Positions 57,145-64,000 of a stretch of DNA of 64,000 bases are shown here, piece by piece. The number at the start of each line of letters is the position of its first letter. Within the stretch, counting starts at the first letter, position 1. The notes below the pieces were generated by a model. The model did no database searches, had not been told where the DNA came from, and worked only from the letters and a program-made list of their open reading frames with translations. The translations under genes were made by a program, and so were the position numbers. The DNA comes from a virus (lineage: Duplodnaviria; Caudoviricetes): IMG/VR virus record IMGVR_UViG_3300020403_004398, positions 1 to 64,000 of that record; one strand, written 5' to 3'.

Positions 57145-58161
57145 ATGGCATTTTTGGACAATTCAGGAGATATTATATTAGACGCAGTCTTAACAGACTT
57201 GGGTCGACAAAAACTTGCAAAGGGCAATTTTAGAATTCAAAAATTTGCTCTAGGAGACGAAGAGATAAACTATGCGCTTTTTGACTCTAGCGATAATAGA
57301 GGTTCGGCGTTTTATGACTTAGAGATAATGCAAACGCCATTACTTGAAGCATTCACTAGTGATCAGTCTCTTATGCATTCTAGATTGATGACCTTTGAGA
57401 GAAATAACATTCTTTATTTGCCAATTTTAAAAGCCAATAATAAAATTGACAGCTGCAGACCCAATGTGTCATTAGGCGGCTGGAATCTAATAGCAGACAA
57501 CCACACTTACACAGGAAACAACACCCTTAACCAGCCCGCGGAATTTGGATTTTTACACGGAGTGTCTGGAGAATTTGCTTCTACAACCACCCACATCTGT
57601 GTGGACCAGGGCATAGACTCCGCAGCTAATGGGATGAGTATTGCAACTGAGATTGATGAAAATCTATTAGATAGATCATTCTTGATAAAGATGGACTCAA
57701 GATTGTTGAAGTTAGAATCTTTTGTGGGGGAAGGCAATGCACAGCCTGTTAACGATTTTCACTTTGACGACGATGGTATTGTAACATATAGGTTGACTCA
57801 AGGAAGGGGAAATGCATCAATTATGGGACCACGAGATTCCATTCCAGAGCGGAGAAGAGACGATATAGACTCTTCAATGGATGACAACCAGCTAGCGCCA
57901 ATAGCAGCAACGGAAATGTTTGCAGGCCCGCTAGGAAATGTTTTAAGGATTGTACCAAGAACCACCCAAGAAGTCCAGCTATCAACATCTTTGTTTGATG
58001 AGTTGGGAAATGATGGCATCGATCTTGCTTTCAAGGGTGTAAACAACGGAATAGATGTCTACAAGTTCATTGATACGACAATAAGCGTAATGGGCGTAGA
58101 CACAGGATTCAAATTAGACCTGCCGATTCGAATCATAAAGGGCAGCGCATTCGGCTCGTAA
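57145..58161 (+). CDS. Structural protein; N-terminus resembles the first half of a tail-collar/fibre attachment domain
   Basis: DAVLTDLGRQKLAKGNFRIQKFALGDEEINY; AGGAG SD. Confidence 0.55.
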   Translation: MAFLDNSGDIILDAVLTDLGRQKLAKGNFRIQKFALGDEEINYALFDSSDNRGSAFYDLEIMQTPLLEAFTSDQSLMHSRLMTFERNNILYLPILKANNKIDSCRPNVSLGGWNLIADNHTYTGNNTLNQPAEFGFLHGVSGEFASTTTHICVDQGIDSAANGMSIATEIDENLLDRSFLIKMDSRLLKLESFVGEGNAQPVNDFHFDDDGIVTYRLTQGRGNASIMGPRDSIPERRRDDIDSSMDDNQLAPIAATEMFAGPLGNVLRIVPRTTQEVQLSTSLFDELGNDGIDLAFKGVNNGIDVYKFIDTTISVMGVDTGFKLDLPIRIIKGSAFGS

Positions 58162-58188
58162 TTACCGCATAAGACTTAGGAGAAGAAA

Positions 58189-59316
58189 ATGGCCGTAACA
58201 TTTAAACCAATATCTCACGCAGACAGAACACATTCAAGAACTTTACTGCACGAGAATATACCAATAACAGGTGCTTTAGTTTCAGGAAGCACATATACAA
58301 ACATTGCTATAACAGCAGAGAACGGGGTATCCGCCCGGGCCGACAACATTAAAACGTTTTCACACGGCATGTTTCAGTCTGTCTACGACTACCCATACGC
58401 TAGCTCTTCAGCGAACCACTTGTTCGACGTGACTTTAGGATGCAGCACCCGACCAGAATCGCTTTCATCATCAACAGCTTGGGCCACTACTGCTCAAAGA
58501 TCAAAGAAAGTAAACATTTATAATCAAATGGCTCAGGTGCTTGCAGGTTACAACACTGGAAGTCTAGTTAGGACCTTCGATCTTTCTGGTTCGTTTGAAG
58601 CCCCTGCTGCAGGCGAAAACTATAGAGAAATAAATGAAGCAGTGTTTTTAAATTTTTCAAGACTTTTGACGAAAGATGAAATTAAGAAGGGGTCTTTTTC
58701 TATGACTGTGGTAACCTCTTCTGTTTATGCTAACATAGAACAAAAGGCACATTTAGAATCAAAGACTATTACTGATGTCAGTGCAAGTAATTCCTACAAG
58801 GTTAATTCACCCGCAGGAGAGTATGGCGTCTTAACTAACGGTACCCATCCCGTGGGTCTTTTGTATTACCAAGCCGGTATAGCTGTTTTGACTGCTTCTG
58901 TTTTTGAAGGAGCAACAACAGCAACTCAGCTTGCAGGTTTAACGCCGGGAGGGATAAAGACCACTGCGCTAATCACAGGTTCGACAATTAACTCATTTGC
59001 AGATGCGGCAAGAAAAAGAATATTTAATATATCTTTTAACAATACTACAGAACTGAATTCTACAATTTATTTTTGTCGAGCCCATCATCATGAGTTTAAT
59101 TATAGCTCTAACCCAACGTACTTGTCAGGAAGCAAAATAAGAGTGAAAGAAGGATCAGATAACTCAAATGAGATGCTTAACCCGCCACGTTCTTACGTTA
59201 CAACAGTCGGGCTCTATTCTCCAAATAATGAGCTTTTGGCAGTAGCAAAACTTTCAGAACCATTACGTAAGGATCCAACAGTTGAGCTTAATTTGAGAGT
59301 TAGACTGGATTATTAA
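58189..59316 (+). CDS. Structural protein; C-terminus resembles the second half of a tail-collar domain
   Basis: YVTTVGLYSPNNELLAVAKLSEPLRKD...VRLDY; AGGAG SD. Confidence 0.55.
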   Translation: MAVTFKPISHADRTHSRTLLHENIPITGALVSGSTYTNIAITAENGVSARADNIKTFSHGMFQSVYDYPYASSSANHLFDVTLGCSTRPESLSSSTAWATTAQRSKKVNIYNQMAQVLAGYNTGSLVRTFDLSGSFEAPAAGENYREINEAVFLNFSRLLTKDEIKKGSFSMTVVTSSVYANIEQKAHLESKTITDVSASNSYKVNSPAGEYGVLTNGTHPVGLLYYQAGIAVLTASVFEGATTATQLAGLTPGGIKTTALITGSTINSFADAARKRIFNISFNNTTELNSTIYFCRAHHHEFNYSSNPTYLSGSKIRVKEGSDNSNEMLNPPRSYVTTVGLYSPNNELLAVAKLSEPLRKDPTVELNLRVRLDY

Positions 59317-59318
59317 AA

Positions 59319-60500
59319 ATGAGCTTCAAAAGGTTTAGGCATAAAGATATAGTTAACAACACTATAGTAGCTAAGCCTGAGTTCGATTTTGTCGTACACA
59401 GCGGCAGCACCTATCTCAACAGGGAACGTTCAGTAGACGGCGACTATTCAAACAAAATCAAGCACATTCCATCCGGCCACATAAGTTTGCATGAACTTAA
59501 CATTAATCGGCCTTCAGGGTCTTTGATTACTGCTTTTGTGGAAAAAAACAGTAGCAGATATTCTTTAAAAGCGGTTAGTACAAGAGAATTTGACGACGCA
59601 GAAATTTATGCTTTTGGGGACACAGTAACCCAAACATACCCATTAAGCGCCTCCCTAAGTAGGATATACGTCCCAGCCGGCCAAGAATTCAGCTCTAGTG
59701 TTTCGGATGCTCATACAAACAAAAAATATATTAGAGCTTTAAAGAATGTAATAGAGTCTAGTAACAAAGTCGGCCGTAGAATAAACTATGGAAACCTAGG
59801 AACAAGTGCTGTCAATATGGTTTGTATTCCTGGTATTTTTTATGGGTCAGAAGTTGAAAAGAAGACTTTGGAGCTAAATTACTACATAACAGGTACACTT
59901 GTTGCAACTGCGAAAGATTTAAATGGTGATGGTAGGTTGGTAGAGACCTATGGCCCTTCTTCCGGTCAAGAAGTTGGGCTAGCTCTTTACACACAAGGTC
60001 TTTTGTTGCTAACAAGTTCCACAAATCTTGAACCAAACCATCAGGATTATTTTTTTTCTACAAGCTCCTTATCGAACCCTTCGTGGTTGTCGTTTGGCAC
60101 AGGAACAGGACAAGCAGGGCAAGCACTGGAGCACACTTCAGTAATTAGTTCTTCTTATTCTGTGTTCTTCAGAGGGGTCAACAAAATACCATCAATTACT
60201 ATGTTTGCGTTTTCGGAAAAAGGAGAACATAACTTCTCTCATAATCCCACTTTTGTAAGTAGATCTGCAGGGACGTTTCACCAATCTGGTTCGCAATATA
60301 TAGAGGCTAGAAAGGATTTGAAAAAAATAAACAAATCAGATTATGTAAGTTACGAAGAAGATTTTGAAGGAGTAACTTACATTTCGAAAGTTGGTATATA
60401 TGATAAAGATAAGAATCTTATAGCAATTGCATCTCTTGCAAATCCAATTAAAAAGACAGAGAAAAGAGATTTCATGATTAAAATGAAATTAGATTTCTAA
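59319..60500 (+). CDS. Structural protein, paralogue of 58189
   Basis: HNFSHNPTF vs EFNYSSNPTY; YISKVGIYDKDKNLIAIASLANPIKK...MKLDF. Confidence 0.55.
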   Translation: MSFKRFRHKDIVNNTIVAKPEFDFVVHSGSTYLNRERSVDGDYSNKIKHIPSGHISLHELNINRPSGSLITAFVEKNSSRYSLKAVSTREFDDAEIYAFGDTVTQTYPLSASLSRIYVPAGQEFSSSVSDAHTNKKYIRALKNVIESSNKVGRRINYGNLGTSAVNMVCIPGIFYGSEVEKKTLELNYYITGTLVATAKDLNGDGRLVETYGPSSGQEVGLALYTQGLLLLTSSTNLEPNHQDYFFSTSSLSNPSWLSFGTGTGQAGQALEHTSVISSSYSVFFRGVNKIPSITMFAFSEKGEHNFSHNPTFVSRSAGTFHQSGSQYIEARKDLKKINKSDYVSYEEDFEGVTYISKVGIYDKDKNLIAIASLANPIKKTEKRDFMIKMKLDF

Positions 60501-60502
60501 TC

Positions 60503-61186
60503 ATGTCGGAATTTAAAAAAGGAAAAATAAAGTTTTTAGCAGTAAAATTGTCAGCGTTACAAGCAGAACTAAAAGTATCAAAGGAGATTCTTGCTTCTGC
60601 CTCACGTGAAGTGAACGCAATGTTTAAAAGAAAATATTTTCCAGAAGTGCCGCAGGCTGCACCCCCCGAGGAACCGCCTGGGCCGATTGCCCACCCCAGT
60701 GATGAAGTAAAAGAATCGGAAAACAAACAAGAAACCCATCAAACACAGCAAGAAAACGAAAAGGCATCTGACACTGCAGAAGAAGAGGAAAGAATAGAAA
60801 TTTCAGAAAAAGACGTAGACCCTGAAGTTAAAAAACTTTTTAGAAGAATTGCTCTTAAAATTCACCCTGATAAATTATTGCACTTGAATGAAGGATACGA
60901 AAAAGAAAAAAAGGAAAAACTATATCTAAAAGCAGTAGAAGCTATGGACAATAATGATTTGCTTGCCATGGCAGATGTCGCCATCGATATAGATCTGGAG
61001 GTGCCAGAGATTGATGAAATAAGGTTAAAAAAAACAGAAAGTAAAATAAAAGATATAAAAAAAGAACTAGAAATGATAGAGTCTACTGTAGTATGGCATT
61101 GGTTTTTTTGCACAGACCCAGAACAAAAAGACAAAATACTTTCAAGTTTATTCGAGGCAATGTATGCTAATCACACTAGGTCTTGA
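60503..61186 (+). CDS. J-domain (DnaJ-like) protein
   Basis: VKKLFRRIALKIHPDK, flanked by coiled coils and a Pro/acidic linker. Confidence 0.8.
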   Translation: MSEFKKGKIKFLAVKLSALQAELKVSKEILASASREVNAMFKRKYFPEVPQAAPPEEPPGPIAHPSDEVKESENKQETHQTQQENEKASDTAEEEERIEISEKDVDPEVKKLFRRIALKIHPDKLLHLNEGYEKEKKEKLYLKAVEAMDNNDLLAMADVAIDIDLEVPEIDEIRLKKTESKIKDIKKELEMIESTVVWHWFFCTDPEQKDKILSSLFEAMYANHTRS

Positions 61187-61703
61187 CATATCAACCTCTA
61201 TCACCGGCGCCACAATAATGAAAGATGGCAAAATAGTCGAAGCTGTCTTTTGGGATACCAGAAACAAGCGAAAATTTCCTTCTTTATATGAAAAATCCTC
61301 TTTTTTGAAGTGTAATTTAAACACCCTCAAAGAAAAATATAACATAACTAACATATTTATAGAGCAGTCTCTACATTCTTTTCGATCTGGATTCTCCTCC
61401 GCCCAGACTCTTTCAACTCTTTCGAGGTTTAACGGAATTGTTTCGTGGTTATGTTACGAGATTTTTGACATTCAACCATCGATGTTAGCCGCTACCAGCG
61501 CGCGCAAGCAAGCCGGCCTGACCGTCAAAAGAGGTGAAAACGCGAAACAAAAAGTTCTTGAGTTTATACTTGACAAACACCCTGCAGTTGCGATAGAATA
61601 TACAAAACATGGAAACCCCAAACCCGGTATGTATGATTTGTGCGATAGCATAATTATCGCATTAGCAGGAGACAAAATTGCCAGAGAAGCTGAATCTACT
61701 TAA
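61164..61703 (+). CDS. RuvC-like Holliday junction resolvase
   Basis: LGLDISTSITG, IFIEQ, AKQKV, DLCDSIIIA. Confidence 0.85.
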   Translation: MLITLGLDISTSITGATIMKDGKIVEAVFWDTRNKRKFPSLYEKSSFLKCNLNTLKEKYNITNIFIEQSLHSFRSGFSSAQTLSTLSRFNGIVSWLCYEIFDIQPSMLAATSARKQAGLTVKRGENAKQKVLEFILDKHPAVAIEYTKHGNPKPGMYDLCDSIIIALAGDKIAREAEST

Positions 61704-62601
61704 AAAAGCACTAGGAAGTTGTTGGACTAACAATGAAGAACACCTGTTTCACTGCCCTAGGTGTAGCCATCACAAACGAAAACTTTCAGTCAACATAGAA
61801 AGGGATGTTTTTAAGTGTTGGATTTGCGACTATTCAGGAACTAAAATTTCTCAATTAATAAAAAAGTACGCACCAGGATACTACGCTGATTGGAAGCAAC
61901 TTAGAGGAGAGGTTGACCTTTCGGAATACGAGAACTTATTTGGCCCGCCACAACACAAAATAGACGTACCAGTTGATCTCCCCGATAATTTTCAGACTTT
62001 AACTGGAAAAAAGACAAAAGTAAAACAGAAGGCGCTAAATTATCTTTACGACCGCGGTATTACAGATCAGGATATACTATTCTGGCGCATGGGGTTTTCT
62101 GATTACGGAGAATACAAAGGCAGGATAATAATACCAAGTTTCGACACCACGGGCAAATTAGACTACTTTATCGCAAGATCGTACACTGAGGACTGGATGA
62201 AATACAAAAACCCCAAAGTTAGTAAGGATATAATCTTTAATGATCTAAATATAGACTGGTCCAAAGACATTATGTTGGTAGAGGGAGTGTTCGACGCTAT
62301 AAAATGCGACAACGCGATACCCCTTTTGGGCTCCACTTTAAAAGAAACTTCAACGCTTTTTAGAAAGATCTGTAACCTGCGTCCAAACGTATACTTAGCT
62401 CTTGATACAGATGCAAAAGATAAGGAGTTTGCCATAGCGAAAAAATTAAAAGAATATGGCATTGTTGCAAGGACTGTTCCAGTTTTTCCTTATAATGATG
62501 TAGGGGAGATGTCGAAGCAAACTGTAAAGTTGCAAAAACAAAAAGCACTTATCGTTAATGATTTGGATTTTTTAGAGAATAGCATTAAATTTCACATTTG
62601 A
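61678..62601 (+). CDS. DNA primase (T4 gp61-like, Zn finger plus Toprim)
   Basis: CPRC...CWIC, RIIIPSFD, YFIARS, EGVFDA, ALDTDA. Confidence 0.92.
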   Translation: MPEKLNLLKKALGSCWTNNEEHLFHCPRCSHHKRKLSVNIERDVFKCWICDYSGTKISQLIKKYAPGYYADWKQLRGEVDLSEYENLFGPPQHKIDVPVDLPDNFQTLTGKKTKVKQKALNYLYDRGITDQDILFWRMGFSDYGEYKGRIIIPSFDTTGKLDYFIARSYTEDWMKYKNPKVSKDIIFNDLNIDWSKDIMLVEGVFDAIKCDNAIPLLGSTLKETSTLFRKICNLRPNVYLALDTDAKDKEFAIAKKLKEYGIVARTVPVFPYNDVGEMSKQTVKLQKQKALIVNDLDFLENSIKFHI

Positions 62602-62635
62602 CAGTGTTACAATAAGTGGCGAAAGAGAGGATAAA

Positions 62636-63346
62636 ATGTCATACCACGGACTTATTCCAATGATGAAGGCTCATCTTTTGGACCTTAAAGAACTTTACGC
62701 CGAAAGGGCCCTGTCTCACGGCGGGCACCCCCTGCACCCACGTGTATTAGAGATCGGTATAGATAAGGGACAAACACTCATACCTTTGTATTCTTTTTTG
62801 CAAAATAATTTTAAACTCTTCGAAATTATAGGGTGCGATATTTATGTTAGGCCTCACGTCGGAACAATTTTAGCCGCGATGCAAAGTGACGCTAGCCCAT
62901 CGCAACTTGCCTACTTGCAAGAGGAATCAAGCCTTACAATGTTGCCAAGATGTCTAGAAATAAAAACAGACAACAATGATAGGGGGTTCGACCTAATTTT
63001 AATAGATGGGGATCACAACTATCGTACAGTAAAAGAAGAGTTACATTTTTGTACAAATCTACTCGCTCCTGCCGGAATTATCGTTTTGGATGATTATAAC
63101 GGTAAGCACGCAAATAAAGACATGTTCTATTCTGAGGACAAAGAGACTATAGACAACACGGATCTAGCGACCCCAGCGCCAACGGAAGAGTCTTCAAAGC
63201 AGGGAGTAAAAACAGCGGTAGACGAATTCCTTGAAAATAATTTAGCCTGGTCTCTGGCAGAGTGTTTTCTAGGGCACACCACCAAGCTGGAACCCGCAAT
63301 CTTATATAGAAACAGAGAGTGGCAGATCGAAGATGTAGTGTTGTGA
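62636..63346 (+). CDS. Class I SAM-dependent methyltransferase (Methyltransf_24-like)
   Basis: VLEIGIDKG, FDLILIDGDHNY, GIIVLDDY. Confidence 0.85.
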   Translation: MSYHGLIPMMKAHLLDLKELYAERALSHGGHPLHPRVLEIGIDKGQTLIPLYSFLQNNFKLFEIIGCDIYVRPHVGTILAAMQSDASPSQLAYLQEESSLTMLPRCLEIKTDNNDRGFDLILIDGDHNYRTVKEELHFCTNLLAPAGIIVLDDYNGKHANKDMFYSEDKETIDNTDLATPAPTEESSKQGVKTAVDEFLENNLAWSLAECFLGHTTKLEPAILYRNREWQIEDVVL

Positions 63347-63380
63347 AGTTAAAAGGGTTGGTTTTAACCCTAGACTCGTA

Positions 63381-63387
63381 CTATTTA
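63381..63387 (+). promoter_or_regulatory. CTAHTTA motif (CTATTTA)
   Basis: Intergenic, 31 nt before ATG 63419. Confidence 0.45.
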
Positions 63388-63418
63388 CAATACAAACTTG
63401 ATTTTTAGGAGAGTAACA

Positions 63419-63589
63419 ATGGAAATCACAAAAAGAAGATTAAAAGAAATCATTTCAGAAGAAATGGCTCTTTTAGCAGAGACCGGAGATATTAATATAA
63501 TCTCAGAGGCTGAGAAAAAAGCATTTGCTATCATCCTCGAAAAACTTACACCAAAAGAGCTTGAAGAATTAGGTGTTAAAAGAATTTAG
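63419..63589 (+). CDS. Small hypothetical protein MEITKRRLKEIISEEM..., 56 aa
   Basis: AGGAG SD precedes ATG 63419. Confidence 0.7.
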   Translation: MEITKRRLKEIISEEMALLAETGDINIISEAEKKAFAIILEKLTPKELEELGVKRI

Positions 63590-63618
63590 TTGACATCCCC
63601 TGTTAACCTTGATATAGT
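63590..63618 (+). promoter_or_regulatory. Sigma70-type promoter
   Basis: TTGACA (63590-63595), 17 bp spacer, TATAGT (63613-63618). A CTATTTA copy also lies at 63632-63638. Confidence 0.75.
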
Positions 63619-63648
63619 AAAGATACTATAACTATTTACGGAGAATAA

Positions 63649-64000
63649 ATGAGATTTGCTCATATTGCGGATACCCACATCCGAAATTTAAAATACCACT
63701 TTGAATACAAAGAGGTGTTTAAACAGCTGTATAAATCATTAAAAGAAGAAAAAGTCGACTATATTATCCATTGTGGAGACATCGCACACACAAAGACTCA
63801 AATATCGCCAGAGTTTGTAGATCTCTGTCGTGATTTTTTTGAAAATCTTAGCGCCATCGCGCCGACGTATATCATATTAGGCAATCATGACGGCAACTTA
63901 AGAAACGAAAGCAGGCAGGATGCTTTGTCTCCTATCGTAAAAGCGATAAATTCCCCAAATCTTGTACTAATTAAAAATGCAGGAGAGGTTAACTTAAAGG
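63649..64000 (+). CDS. Mre11/SbcD/T4 gp47-like metallophosphoesterase nuclease (3' truncated by the window edge)
   Basis: Manual translation MRFAHIADTH...HCGDIAH...ILGNHDG; GGAG SD. Confidence 0.9.
   Translation, partial: MRFAHIADTHIRNLKYHFEYKEVFKQLYKSLKEEKVDYIIHCGDIAHTKTQISPEFVDLCRDFFENLSAIAPTYIILGNHDGNLRNESRQDALSPIVKAINSPNLVLIKNAGEVNLK

Noticed and set aside
27677-57227. Antisense ORFs of 60-151 aa within the giant genes (e.g. 28412-28813, 31372-31827)
   Set aside because: No recognisable motifs or SD sites; expected shadows of long sense ORFs.
25376-60500. Extracellular contractile injection system or tailocin
   Set aside because: Adjacent primase, resolvase, gp47-like nuclease, tRNA and gp55-like sigma indicate a replicating phage.
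62598-62613. TTGACA followed by TACAAT before the methyltransferase
   Set aside because: The spacing is only 4 bp, and there is no -10 element at 16-18 bp.
63354-63371. Hairpin AGGGTT-GGTTTT-AACCCT as a terminator
   Set aside because: Only a 6 bp stem and no downstream U-tract.
1-64000. Eukaryotic giant virus origin (ClpP, GT15, sugar enzymes, J-domain)
   Set aside because: SD sites, sigma70 promoters, operonic overlaps, a sigma factor and gp25/gp6 baseplate genes point to a bacteriophage.
1-64000. Stop-codon reassignment
   Set aside because: Multi-kb ORFs are open in code 11, and TAG (e.g. 894, 8274, 51038) and TGA (ATGA overlaps) end genes exactly at junctions.

Overview
This is a 64 kb segment of a large, AT-rich, contractile-tailed (myovirus-like) jumbo bacteriophage genome. 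It uses the standard bacterial code and is densely packed; of the well-supported genes, all but one (a serine protease) lie on the + strand. Left to right: (1) 1-5.7 kb is an accessory block with a partial tRNA-Ile2(CAU), an Hc1-like histone-like protein, ClpP, a secreted trypsin-like protease, PIN-PhoH, a zincin and a Cas4-like nuclease. (2) 5.7-23.6 kb is an ~18 kb, 19-gene glycosylation cluster: 8 glycosyltransferase genes, 10 nucleotide-sugar enzymes (including Gmd and two Fcl paralogues) and an Mpo1/DUF962 protein, with no flippase, polymerase or lipid-carrier enzyme. (3) 23.6-25.4 kb holds an FmdB zinc ribbon and a gp55-like sigma factor. (4) 25.4-60.5 kb is a baseplate/virion module with a putative split spike, gp25-like and gp6-like genes, and giant 2861 aa and 3423 aa proteins. 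(5) 60.5-64 kb holds a J-domain protein, RuvC-like resolvase, primase, a methyltransferase and the start of an Mre11/gp47 nuclease. The best candidate for a new system is a soluble, phage-encoded glycosylation pathway. It lies upstream of the virion module, in which four proteins are strongly enriched in an [S/T]-G-S tripeptide, a possible O-glycosylation sequon. Two patterns are not explained by the genes: a CTAHTTA motif upstream of putative late genes, and about 29 pure-G/C runs of 10 bp or more. All family calls come from motif recognition by eye; no database search was run.
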